DNA of 40,230 nucleotides from Octopus sinensis (Eukaryota). Location: assembly GCF_006345805.1 (NCBI RefSeq), contig NW_021832941.1:1-40230 (forward strand), written 5' to 3'. A program made the translations under genes and the position numbers. The notes under the pieces are model-generated. The model was not told the origin of the DNA, made no database searches, and was given only the letters and a program-made list of their open reading frames with translations. The first letter of the stretch is position 1; every line of letters begins with the position of its first letter. This document shows, piece by piece, positions 10,941 to 23,102 of the stretch.

Positions 10941-11349
10941 CACGGGCTTCTTTCAGTTTCCGTCTACCAAATCCACTAACAAGGCTTTGGTCGGTCAGAG
11001 GCTATAGTAGAAGACACTTGGACAAGGTGCCACACAGTGAGACCGAACCTAAGGCCATGTGGTTTGGAAGTAAGCTTCTTACCACACAGCCACACCTATG
11101 TATGTATGTATATATGTGTGTGTCTTTGTGTCTGTGTTTGTATCCCTCTCCCCACGCCATCGCTTGACAACCGATGCTGGTCTCTTTACATCGCCGCAAC
11201 CGAGCGCTTCGGCAGCAGAAACCGATAGAATAAATACCAGGTTTACAAAGACTAAGTCCAGGGTTGATTTCTTCGATTAAAAGGCGCTGCTCTAGCATGG
11301 CCGCAGTCAAATGACTGAAACAAGAGAGAAAAAAATATGAAAAGAATAA
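10941..11349. mobile_element. SINE family B with 5' half inverted relative to 3' half
   Basis: 10941-11097 is the reverse complement of the head; 11098-11349 is the microsatellite plus 3' body in forward orientation. Confidence 0.85.
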
Positions 11350-11369
11350 ACATACTATACAATGTGTGA

Positions 11370-11863
11370 CCTCACCTTTGATCGTGACTGTCCCTGGGAT
11401 TGTACCTAGAAAGTTACACTCCGAGGCACAAGTCCAAGCAAGGTTGTTTGTGGAAGACCAGCAGTCGCCCATGCATACCGGCCTCCCCTCTCCACGCCAC
11501 CGGTGTTATCCAAGAGAAAGGCAAGGGGTCCAATGCAGCTTGGCACAAGTGACGTCGCAGTTCATTTATTAACGTGTAAGTGGCTGAGCACTCCACAGAT
11601 ACGTGTACCCTTAACGTAATTCTCGGGGTGATTCAGCGTGTCATAGAGTGTGACTAGGCTGGCTCTTTGAAATACAGGTACAACAGTATCAGGAAAAAGG
11701 GTGAGAGAAAGTTGTGGTGAAAGAACACTGCAGGGTTCACCACCACCAACTGCCGGAGCCTTGTGGAGATCAATAAACACTCACAATGTCCGGTCTGGGA
11801 AACGAAACTGCAATCTTACGAACGCGAGTCCGCTGCCCTAACCACAGGGCCATTGCGTCTCCA
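11370..11863 (-). mobile_element. SINE family C (tRNA-like head) with an alternative long 3' tail
   Basis: Minus-strand head TGGAGACGCAATGGCCCTGTGGTTAGGGCAGCGGACTCGCG; body matches 25448-25799 up to CACGTTAAT, then switches to an unrelated tail. Confidence 0.85.
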
Positions 11864-12099
11864 CATACTATACAACATATAAATTTATTTTTGAGTTTGG
11901 TGAAAAATAATCTTTCGGAACATAGTTCTCTGGAGAGAAGCTACCGTTTTCTAACAGCACAGAAGGTGTAGCAGACCCAATTCCTAATTAAATAGGAAGT
12001 GCAGTTCTTTTGGCACTCAGTTCCATATGTTCGGTCTTAGAGGGTAATCAACCCGAAGTAATATTAATTGTAAAACTAATTAAACATATATGAATATGT

Positions 12100-13020
12100 T
12101 TACGTTCGTATGCTTGTGTGCATACATGTATGTCTGTGTATATGTATGTGTGTATGTATACGTTTATGTGTGTATGTATGTATGTATGTATGTATGTATG
12201 AATGTATGAATGTATATGTATGTATATCTATGTGTGTGTATGTAGGTGTGTGTATCTATTTTCATGTGTATTTATGAATATGTAAATGAATGTAAATCTT
12301 GGTGTATGTATGTACATGTATCGTATGTGTATATGTATGTATGTGTGTGTATGTAAACATACATACATATACATACAATGTATATAAACAATGTAAACGT
12401 GTGTATACATATATGTGTATATACGTGTAATTATGTATATCTATATACATATACGTACGTGTATCTATGTATGCATATATACACATATGAATGCATATAT
12501 ATGTGTATGTGTGTATGTATGTACGTGTATCTATGCATTTGTATATATACATGTGTGTATGCATGTATATACATATATCAACATGTATGAGTGTATATAC
12601 TTCAATGCGTACATACTCGTATGCTTGTTTGCGTGTACAAGCGGGTGTATATAAATGAGAGTGCGTCTATTTTCACATTAAATTACTCGAAATATTTAAG
12701 ATAACCACATCTTAATAAATCACATCTGGTTGATATTAAGAATTTTCACTTCTTTCGCAAAAGCCGGGGTGGACGTACGGGTGGGTGGACGTATGGGTGG
12801 GTGGACGTATCGTTTTACACACATAACGGTTTACTTCAGTTCTAGATAAATAGCTATATCTAAGAATATGTGTGCATATGAATACGGGTATGTGTAAGTA
12901 TGTATGTGTATATATAGATATTATATACATATGTATACACACACACATACATACTATTATATATTATATACACATACATATGTATATATATGATATATAT
13001 ATACATATATAAACACACAC

Positions 13021-13079
<59 letters not shown>

Positions 13080-13290
13080 CATATATATATATATATGTAT
13101 GTATGTATATATATATGAATATCTATGCATATATGAATACATATATACAGAAACACATACACACACATATACGTGAATGCAGGTATATATTTATAAGTGG
13201 GTGTGTTTGTAAACATAAGTATATATATTTGTGTGTGCGTGTGTGTATCTATCGATATGTATGAATATGTGTGTATGTAGATTTATACAT
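12100..13290. repeat. Long degenerate compound (TATG)/(TA)/(CA) microsatellite region
   Basis: Direct reading; source of many Y/I/H/T/C/V/M-rich spurious ORFs. Confidence 0.9.
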
Positions 13291-13292
13291 AC

Positions 13293-13680
13293 ACTAGCAG
13301 TATCGCCCGGCGTTGCTCAGGTTTGTAAGGGAAATAACTATAAAGCATTTTTAGAGAGTTATAGCCAAAAAATAACAAAAAAATGGAAAAAAAATGATGG
13401 TAAATTTTTTTTGAGAGTTAAAAAAGGTGGAGTTGCGTCCCCTAGACGGTCTGTGGTTTAGGTTTCTGATTCTCGACCCCATGTCGAATTTATCGATTTT
13501 TTTCAGAACTGGGGGAACTTTTCAAAATTTTCGCTGCGTTAGTTTTGAATTATGACATTGGGCTATGTGTGTGTCAAGTTTCATCAGAATCGGTTGAAAG
13601 CCGTGGTCAGGGTGAGGGTACAAGCTAACAGACACACAGAAACACACACAGACAAACTGCCGTTTATATAGAGAGAGATA
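13293..13680 (+). mobile_element. Non-autonomous Helentron/Helitron-like element (HINE, DINE-1-like architecture)
   Basis: 5' ACTAGCAGTATCGCCCGGCGTTGCTC; 3' AAGTTTCATCAGAATCGGTTGAAAGCCGTGG...ACAGACACACAG...GTTTATATAGAGAGA. Family assignment is from recognition of these terminal motifs. Confidence 0.6.
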
Positions 13681-13714
13681 TACAGAGATAGATAGATACA
13701 TACATGTGGATATG

Positions 13715-13765
<51 letters not shown>

Positions 13766-13841
13766 AGGTTGGAGATGATGTACAGGTATTATATATATAT
13801 ATATATACATATATACATATGCACACACACAGAGACAATCT

Positions 13842-13918
13842 GAGATGGTCGATGTTTGACTAAACACGTTAAGGCGGTGCCCCAGCATGGCCGCTGTCTA
13901 ATGACTGCAGCAGGTAAA
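13842..13918 (+). mobile_element. 3' fragment of SINE family B
   Basis: GGTCGATGTTTGACTAAA...AAGGCGGTGCCCCAGCATGGCCGC...AATGACTG matches 10858-10920. Confidence 0.75.
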
Positions 13919-14181
13919 CAATTTATATATATATATATACATGTTGCACATATTGTGTGCGCGCGCGGGTGTGTGTATGTGTGTGTGTGTGTGTGTATGT
14001 GTGTGTGTGTATGTGTGCATAAGATTACATCGTAGTATATATTCTACCATCTTCAGGTAAAATTTTAAACAGATATATATGGATGGGATAATACTTTGAT
14101 GATGACGAGTACTTAGATAAAGAGATTGCCAAAAATGTTGGTTGGTTTCGTTATCGTCACTTGTTTATACCTCTTAAGCGT

Positions 14182-14263
14182 TTTATCTGAAGATGGTGGT
14201 TTCTATGTTATGAAGTATTCTGTGACTGCATGAATAAAATTTTACCGAAACAGCCGTCGTAAA
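14182..14263 (+). ncRNA. Type I hammerhead motif with a ~45-nt stem II loop (PLE type)
   Basis: TTTAT-CTGAAGA(14187-14193)-T-GGT...ACC-GAAAC(14247-14251)-AGCC-GTC-GTAAA; GUC triplet; stem I TTTAT/GTAAA. Confidence 0.55.
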
Positions 14264-14619
14264 TTTCTAACCCTATTTTTTTATCCTTTTTAGACCTACA
14301 CCGCCCTACAACCAACCCGGAGTTTGATCTACGGTTTAAATTGGTACTACATTGGTACTACGGTTTAAATTGGTTTTGGTACTTACTTATCTACAGTATT
14401 CTACCAACACTGGTACCTTAGTGGTTATTTTATTTCGCTGTGAACGCTATGTTACGGTACCTAGCCATTTTAGGCGTCCTACCTGATCATGTGTCCAGAT
14501 TCAATTGAATCCTATGTCAGAAATGTCTCTTTCTCTCTCGGCATGATGGGGAGGACAGTGTGCAGGAACTTTACATGTGGGGCGCCTGTCTCTTGTGGAA
14601 TCTTCTCTACTCCCTCGCT

Positions 14620-14784
14620 GTCTCTTCTCTAAACCTCTTCCTCACTCGCTCTCCATTCTCTAACCTCTCTCCACTATTCTCTACATTTCACCATCCATCT
14701 ATACATCTACTAGTCTATTTACCTCTGCCTTCATGCACCGCTCTCTCACCATATCTGTCATTCTCTCTCCGTTATTCTGTCACG

Positions 14785-14859
<75 letters not shown>

Positions 14860-14987
14860 CCGCGCTCTCTTTCTTCTTTTCCCTCTCGCTCTTCCTCTCC
14901 CCTCTCTATCTGTCTGTCTGTCTCTCACTCTCTCTCTCTTCCTTTCTCTCCGTGTCCTCAAAATTCTCTCTATTTTTGTATGTATGC

Positions 14988-15019
<32 letters not shown>

Positions 15020-15063
15020 GTGTATCTATCTATTTATCTATCTGTCTCTCTGTCTTCTGCTTG

Positions 15064-15148
<85 letters not shown>

Positions 15149-15480
15149 CTATCTATCTGTCTGTCTGTCTGTCTGTCTACCTGTCTGTCTATCTATTTAT
15201 CTATGTCTCTATCAATGTCTCGATCCATTTCTCTCTCTCTTTCTCTCTTTCTCTCCCCATGTCCTCAAAATTTTCTCTCTTTGTATATCTATCTATCCAA
15301 TTACCTACCTATCTACCTACCTATGCCTCGATCTTCCCCCTTCTCTCTCTCTCTCTTCCTCCCGCAATTTATGTCTATTTCCCTCTCGTTATCTATGTAT
15401 CTATCCAGATACCCCCACTCCATCTCTTCTCTTCACCCTCTCCCCCCTTCCATCTCTCTCTCCTTCATTTGCCACCAACA
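14620..15480. repeat. Pyrimidine-rich (TC)/(TCTA)/(TATG) compound microsatellite
   Basis: Direct reading; explains the 331, 287 and 186 aa low-complexity ORFs. Confidence 0.9.
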
Positions 15481-15839
15481 TTGTCCAACTTCGTTGTCGT
15501 CAACCATTCCAACTTCAAAGACAGAGAAACTCTGCCACTTTTAACTCTAAATTAATGCAGTCAACATTATACTATTTTATTTCTGTTTTTTTCTGATTTT
15601 CATTCTTTAGTTTCGGTTAATCTTCTCCAAGATCTGAAGACTGATTCTTCTTTTAATTGTTTTCCTTCTTTTTTTTTTTGGCATTTGTTTCTGCTTTCTT
15701 TCATGTTCTGTTATTTGTTTCTTCATTTCATTTTCTGTTTGTCTGCGTTTTTTTTATTGTGTTGTTCTTTTTATGGCATATCTCTCTTTCTTTCGTTTCT
15801 TTTTTCATTGTTTCCAACCATTAGGGCATCATTCTTTTT

Positions 15840-15911
15840 TGTACACACACACACACACACACACTTGTATAATTGTATATGTACACACACATACATATAT
15901 AATTATATATG

Positions 15912-15951
<40 letters not shown>

Positions 15952-16103
15952 TATATAATATATATATTATATATATATACATGGTGTGTGGTGTGTGTGT
16001 GCATGTGTGTGTGTGTGTGTGTGTGTGCGTGTGTGTGTGTGTGTGCGTGTATACGCACATATTTACCAAGTTATATGTAAATATATTCTCATACATACAT
16101 ATT

Positions 16104-16150
<47 letters not shown>

Positions 16151-16296
16151 GATTATTTTCTGTCTCTAATTCCTATCACCTAGTTCGCTGTCCAATCACT
16201 CCCTTACCTTACCGATCCCTTCTCTCTCTCTCTCTCTCTCTCTCTCTTCCTCTTTGTCTGTCTGCTTGTCTGCCTCTTTCTCTCTCTCTCTCTCTC

Positions 16297-16334
<38 letters not shown>

Positions 16335-16619
16335 CCTTCGTCTCTACATTCGTTGTCCATAAAACAAAACTTTTATTTTTGCCTCTCAAATTGTTGATTC
16401 CGGAGCAAACGCAACCTGTTTTCTATCTCAAATTACTTTACTCGGAACTTCTCAAAGAACTCTTGACAAGTGACCTACATGTATGTATGTATGTATGTAT
16501 GTATGTATGTATGTATGTATGTATGTATGTATGTATGTATTTCTGTATGTATGTATGTATGTATGTATGAATGTATGAATGTATGTATGTATATATGAAT
16601 GTATGTATATATGTATGCG

Positions 16620-16650
<31 letters not shown>

Positions 16651-16757
16651 GCACATGTGTGCATATATATACATGCAAACATATAAATACGCATGTGTAT
16701 ATACCCATATATATATGAGCATGTATGTATATATATATCTTTGTATCCACAACCCCC

Positions 16758-16815
<58 letters not shown>
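15840..16815. repeat. Cluster of (CA)/(TA)/(TG)/(TC)/(TATG) microsatellites
   Basis: Direct reading. Confidence 0.9.
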
Positions 16816-16816
<1 letters not shown>

Positions 16817-16992
16817 CACATATATATCGGTATATTTTGGAATTGCAAAGATGTAGAACCGAATACTTTCGCTTGTCGATGCCAACAGATTTGTTTTCTT
16901 GAAATAACTTCCTTTCCTTTGATAATCCATCCGCGCCCACCCTCGTAAAAATAAAGAACAACACAAGCAATAAATGAAAGAAACAGAGATTA

Positions 16993-17065
<73 letters not shown>

Positions 17066-17078
17066 ATGAATGTATGTT

Positions 17079-17110
<32 letters not shown>

Positions 17111-17399
17111 TCTATCTATCTATCTATCTATCTATATAAAATCAAATTATTTCAGCGGTCTTGAGTGTTGACATGTAATTGATCTTTTCTGGTACATATA
17201 TATATATATAAACCTCCCTGGGGTATGAAGGATTAACGGGTAGTCATTAAGAATTAATTTTAAAAACCAGCTTTGCGAAAAGAAACAAAATGGGGAAACC
17301 GGCAGAGCATCAGAGCTTGAAATTCTAGTTCCATTTCTGGAAAAGTTTATTAATAAATCGTAGCAAAGAAAATAGTGACGGTGTTATTTGTACAAGAAC

Positions 17400-17490
17400 A
17401 TTGGTCTGGCAGAATCGGCAGTGCATCGAACAAAAATATCTCAAAGTATTTCTTCCCGCTCTTCACGTTGTAAGGTCAAGTCCAGCTTCG
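17400..17490 (+). mobile_element. SINE family A head fragment
   Basis: CTGGCAGAATCGGCAGTGCATCGAACAAAA...GTATTTCTTCCCGCTCTTCACGTT resembles the family A heads at 8846 and 39585. Confidence 0.55.
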
Positions 17491-17560
17491 TTCAGTTTGA
17501 ACATTCTTTCCTCCTGTTTAAAATTTTGTAACAAAGCAAGCAATTTTATAGTGAAAAGAA

Positions 17561-17735
17561 TGGGGGTAATTGATTATATCAACTCCCAAATGTTCAACTG
17601 GCAGTCTACTTTATAAGCCCCGAAAGAATGAAAGTCAAACTCCTCCGCAACAGAATCTGAACCCAGAGCATTTTTCAATTCTGCTGACGGAAGAAATGCC
17701 ATGATGTACTTTGGCAGATTCGCCAACGATTCTCC
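17561..17735 (-). mobile_element. SINE family A, diverged minus-strand copy
   Basis: TTATAAGCCCCGAAAGAATGAAAGTCAAAC is the reverse complement of the family A core. Confidence 0.65.
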
Positions 17736-18094
17736 TGTCTATAAAAACTATGGTTTGAAACTACCGGATTCCGTTTAATCAACAAACTACCCACATCAGG
17801 CATTCAGTGTGTGTCTTACAGGTTGATCCTCTATCTGCAGAGATCTTTGGTTGATCCGTGGTTAGAGGATCTCCTATTTGAGAAGGACTACATCAACCGG
17901 ATGGTCATATGTTGCTTTTTCTCCACTCCAACTCTCCTTTCTTTCATCTTTTTATATAAACCCCCACACCAATATATAAACCCCCACACCAATTGTAAAC
18001 TGTCCTGTTAATGCTCCCCGTGGCAAATAAATCATCACCATCTTCATCATCATAATCATCAGCATCTCATCTTATCTCATCATCATCGTTATTA

Positions 18095-18230
18095 TTCAAG
18101 TTTCCTCAAGGCTGACTTTGCTTTTCATCCCTCGGGGTCGATTAAGTAAGTACCAGTTCAGCACCGGAGTCGATGTAGTCGACTTGCACCCACCTCTGGA
18201 ATTGCTGGCCTTGTACCAAAATCTGAAGTC
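18095..18230 (+). mobile_element. SINE family A, 5'-truncated
   Basis: GACTTTGCTTTTCATCCCTCGGGGTCGATTAAGTAAGTACCAG, tail GAATTGCTGGCCTTGTACCAAAATCTGAA. Confidence 0.8.
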
Positions 18231-18264
18231 ATTATTATCAAAAATGAGAAACACATCATCTATT

Positions 18265-18430
18265 ATGGCCGGTAGATTGACAGAAACGTTAGAGCGTCGA
18301 ACAAACTGTCCTACAGTATCCGTTCCGGCTTTGATTTCAAATGCTATCTAAGTCGACTTTGTCTTTCACTCTTCCGCTGTCGATAATATAAAATACCAGT
18401 AAATTACTGGGCGCAATTTAATCGACTAGG
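18265..18430 (+). mobile_element. SINE family A copy whose tail runs into the minisatellite
   Basis: CAGAAACGTTAGAGCGTCG head, GTCGACTTTGTCTTTCAC...GTCGATAA...ATACCAGT core, AATCGACTAG immediately before repeat unit 1. Confidence 0.75.
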
Positions 18431-19358
18431 CTCCCGCCACAAAATTCCAAGCCTTCTGCCTGCTCCCTCCACAAAATTCTAGGCCTTCTGCCTGCTCCCT
18501 CCACAAAATTCCAGGCCTTCTGCCTGCTCCCTCCACAAAATTCTAGGCCTTCTGCCTGCTTCCGCCACAAAATTCCAGGCCCTCTGCCTGCTTCCGCCAC
18601 AAAATTCCAGGCCCTCTGCCTGATCCCGCCACAAAATTCCGGGCCTTCTGCCTGCTCCCGCCACAAAATTCCAGGCCTTCTGCCTACTCCCTCTACAAAA
18701 TTCTAGGCCTTCTGCCTGCTCCCTCCACAAAATTCCAGGCCTTCTGCCTGCTCCCTCCACAACATTCTAGGCCTTCTGCCTGCTTCCGCCACAAAATGCC
18801 AGGCCCTCTGCCTGATCCCGCCACAAAATTCCGGGCCTTCTGCCTGCTCCCGCCACAAAATTCCAGGCCTTCTGCCTGCTCCCTCCACAAAATTCTAGGC
18901 CTTCTGCCTGCTCCCGCCACAAAATTCCGGGCCTTCTGCCTGCTCCCACCACAAAATTCCAGGCCTTCTGCCTGCTCCCGCCACAAAATTCCGGGCCTTC
19001 TGCCTGCTCCCGCCACAAAATTCTAGGCCTTCTGCCTGCTCCCTCCACAAAATTCTAGGTCTTCTACCTGCTTCCGCTACAAAATTCCAGGCCTTCTGCC
19101 TGCTCCCTCCACAAAATTCCAGGCCTTCTGCCTGCTCCCGCCACAAAATTCTAGGCCTTCTGCCTGCTCCCGCTACAAAATTCCAGGTCTTCTGCCTGCA
19201 CCCGCCACAAAATTCCGGGCCTTCTGCCTGCTCCCACCACAAAATTCCAGGCCTTCTGCCTGCTCCCGCCACAAAATTCCGGGCCTTCTGCCTGCTCCCA
19301 CCACAAAATTCTAGGCCTTCTGCCTGCTCCCTCCACAAAATTCCAGGTCTTCTGCCTA
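18431..19358 (+). repeat. 32-bp minisatellite, 29 units (consensus CTCCCGCCACAAAATTCCAGGCCTTCTGCCTG)
   Basis: 928 bp = 29 x 32; variant units show a higher-order block duplication. Confidence 0.97.
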
Positions 19359-19392
19359 CGTGAGAAACAGTTCTGTAGTATTTGACTTTCTC

Positions 19393-19607
19393 TAAGGCGG
19401 CAAAGTGGATGAATCGTTAGCACGCCGGATAAAATGCTTGGTAACATTTCGTTCGTCTTTACGTTCTGATCTCAAATTCCGCCTAGGTCGATTTTGCCTT
19501 TGATCCTTTCGTCGGTGATAATACAAGTACCAGATGAATACTGGTGTCGATGTAATCGACTTAACAACTACCTCCGAAATTGCTGGCCTTGTTGCAAAAT
19601 TTGAAAT
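19393..19607 (+). mobile_element. SINE family A, full length
   Basis: AAGGCGGC...GAATCGTTAGCACGCCGG head, GGTCGATTTTGCCTTTGATCCTTTCG core, tail GAAATTGCTGGCCTTGTTGCAAAATTTGAAA. Confidence 0.85.
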
Positions 19608-19859
19608 CCGTGTTTGGTTCTTCTTGTCACCATTTCCGTTGTTTGCGAAGAAAGAAAGTGAGAGAGATATGTGACACCCGGAAATACATATGGGGTGGGC
19701 GTGGATGGATCACTTACGGTCCTAGGTCAGTCGGTTCAATTAAGGTTTGATAAGAGACGAATTAATAACAACAACAGCAATAAATGATACGAAAATTCGG
19801 CTCCTCAAGACGGTTCTTAATCCATTTGTTAATCCGGTATCCCTAATGTATTGTTACAA

Positions 19860-20200
19860 AACGCTCGAAAAAGCACCATCAACACCAACAACAACCGCAA
19901 TACCATCATCATAACCACCACCACTATCGTCGTCATCAACATTACCAAAGCCAACAGAACAAGATCATCCTCATCATTGCCACCACCACACCTCCACCAC
20001 CACCACAAAGATATCATCGTCATCGTCACCACCACCATCCTCATCATCACCACCGTGCTACCATTACCACCATGTACAACAATTCTGTCATCACTATCGC
20101 CACCTTCACCACCATAATCCTCAATATCACCATCATCACCACCACCACCAACAACAACATCACTATCATCATCATCATCATCATCATCAATAACAACAAC
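19860..20200. repeat. Degenerate (CAC)/(CAT)/(AAC) triplet low-complexity region
   Basis: Direct reading; gives poly-D/V/M/T ORFs with no domain. Confidence 0.85.
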
Positions 20201-20382
20201 AACATTATAATCAATATTTTTTTCCAGACAGTGAAGATACAAGAACCGTAAATGAGTTTAGTAGCGCAAAACTTCAAATTTTTATTATTGCTTATTAAAT
20301 TCCCGCTAATCTCTTTTATTTGCTAGCTTTTAAAAACTTTTGTTTGTTTATTATTTATTCTTTATAATTCTATTTTCTTTTT

Positions 20383-20429
<47 letters not shown>

Positions 20430-21034
20430 TTTTCTCTTGAGATTCTTTCCTTTAGCAAAAAGAAAATGGCGATTCCTTCAACCAGACTAAACACGAATAT
20501 TCCGTATAGAGAGAAAGAAAGCTAAAATAAAGATTATAATTAAAACGGTTGAGTAATTATTATATGATAACAGTGTCAATTTAGTGAGAAATGTGCCATT
20601 CCTCCCGTGCCCTTCCCACCCTACTTTATCACGTTGTTATGAGAGATAGAGGCGATTAGGGAGCGTCATAGACATGCATGTACTTCAGAAAACTATAACC
20701 CCGGAAAGATTCATTTGATAATTCACATGTCACTCTCCCTCTCACACACACATTCTCTCTCTCTCTCACTCACTCTCTCTGTCTTTGTGTGTATGTGATT
20801 CTGAGAGCGTGTGTGTTTAATAATTGTAGGCAATAGGGAACTTTATATATTAAACAAAACTGCGAGTATAAAAGCTATAATAGTCAAATGCTGGATTCAT
20901 CACCGTTTACATTGATTGGTAGTTTCACCATTTGTTGGCTTATTTGGAAATAAAATTAATCCACCATCATTCGTAATATACAATGGCTGATTAAGTTCGT
21001 ATTTCAATAAAGCCCTGAGCAGCAGCTAAGCCAG

Positions 21035-21081
<47 letters not shown>

Positions 21082-22150
21082 TCCTTCTTCGAGGATATAA
21101 TCTCTCTCCTTTCAACATTTCCTTGAAGAAGTTCTTTGTCCGAAACGGCTTTACAAGCCTTGCCGACGCAGACCAGCACCAGTACTTTTGCAGTCAGTTT
21201 AATCAAATATGATTATCCCACGTGACCTCTTTAACGAGACAGGATAACGTTTTAGTCCGGAAAAAGAGATAGATCACATCCGGATTTTCTTTTCTCGAAC
21301 TTATTTGTCGATTTGCGATTGTACAAATTCTTTGTATAACTAATTCTATACTTCACATTCCAAATGTATGCAAATGTATAATTATTTACCTATGTATTTA
21401 CATATATTTACATATATAATTATTTGTACGTTGCACTGAATCTTTTGTGATAGCCTACACAGATTAGATATATCGAAGTTACTGATGGGTTTCGGGAATG
21501 GATATAAACATCAACGAAAAGAAAAGGTCTGGCAAATTACAAAGACCTTTAATATATTTGCTCTACACCGAGTTATAAATGTTCCCTTATCACTTTTACT
21601 GTCAGAAATGCTGTGAAACAGTGACTGGTGTTTTGGTTTCCGGCAATCCTTAAACAGCAACGCTTATTGTTTGCTAATATCAATTTAAATTTAAAAAACA
21701 ACTGTTAAATAAGTACTTATTTTATCACGGCAGTTCTCTGCCCTTTGATCGTTATACACTTAGTTACAGGAATGTAATATTGTTATTGGAAACAGCTAAT
21801 CTTGTACAGCAAGAAATAACCTGTAGTTCGATTGATTTCTACGTGGTCTCTTTAAGAGTTTTAAAAGTCTTGGATTTACGATCTATTCACAATGATACTT
21901 TTGATTCTGAGAATAGGAACGATTCTACAAAGAATCGATAAAACTACTGTCAGGAACTTTGCTTGAGATTGGATAAGGACGTCGTATAAGTAGAAGCAGT
22001 CTCTCGTATCTTAAGCGCAAACGAGCCGCGTGTTGCTGTGATGATAAAAATTGTTGCTACTGTGTTAACGAGTGTTGATCGACCGAAAGAGGAATTCAAA
22101 AGGAGAAATCAATGCACACTCGATATGGAATGGAAAATGGCCAGAACTGG

Positions 22151-22200
<50 letters not shown>

Positions 22201-22749
22201 TTGGAAATATGTGCATCTGTATATACATATATATATATATACACAGTGTGTGTCAGTGTGTATGTTTATGCGTGTGTATAGTTAATTTGTGTCGCTGTTC
22301 GGTTGTACATTAAACAAGATTATGCTAAATGATGTCACATAGTAGCGATAATCCATTATGCGTCGAGAGAAGACAATACTTAAATGAATGGCTGTTGATG
22401 GCCTGATATTTATAATGAAAGGCATTCCAGCCATGACCATCACGATATATTTTTATGAAATTGCACCCTTACTAAATAAGATTGTTAAGTAACGTTCTCT
22501 TTTTAGCGAAGAAAATTCATCATTGTTTGAGGGCGGCTAAGTTCCTGTTCCTAGCATGTTGCACCACCACATACAGACCATGGTACTGCACACATGCAGC
22601 GTTTTCCTCATGTTCTTCAAGAGAGATGAAAAGAAAGAGAAACAGAAGTAACCAAACAAGAATCTCTTGTTAAAAGGAATTTTGCAATGATTTCAAGATA
22701 ATTAATTTGACACTATTGCCAAGAACGTCCTGCAATAAAAAGAAGAGAA

Positions 22750-22799
22750 TACTTCTTCTTCTTCATCTTCTTCTTCTTCTTCTTCTCTTCTTCTTCTTC

Positions 22800-22843
<44 letters not shown>

Positions 22844-22867
22844 TATTATATTATTATTATTATTATA

Positions 22868-22916
<49 letters not shown>

Positions 22917-22934
22917 TTCCTTCTTCTTCTTCTT

Positions 22935-22960
<26 letters not shown>
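22750..22960. repeat. (CTT)n-(ATT)n-(CTT)n-(CT)n compound microsatellite
   Basis: Direct reading. Confidence 0.95.
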
Positions 22961-22969
<9 letters not shown>

Positions 22970-23052
22970 TCCACACACTCGCAGTACTCTGAGATTCCCA
23001 GCAAGCGAAAGATTTTTCGTTGGTACGAAACTAGTTAATAATCTGTGTGTGA

Positions 23053-23102
<50 letters not shown>

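Noticed and set aside
11786-11863. tRNA genes at SINE heads (also 24590-24663, 25448-25500)
   Set aside because: Only A/B-box-like remnants continuing into SINE bodies; no complete cloverleaf.
18418-19447. Repetitive ORFs in the 32-bp array, and a possible CRISPR-like reading of it
   Set aside because: Units are contiguous with no unique spacers, the DNA is eukaryotic with no cas genes, and a 32-bp unit cycles through frames.
21965-22000. ATTGG, GACGTC and TATAAGTA as a putative Pol II promoter
   Set aside because: Spacing is non-canonical and no downstream exon or ORF supports it.
22565-22625. Possible minus-strand 40-nt exon (polypyrimidine-AAG acceptor, GTATGT donor)
   Set aside because: Weak acceptor, no recognisable peptide, no partner exons.
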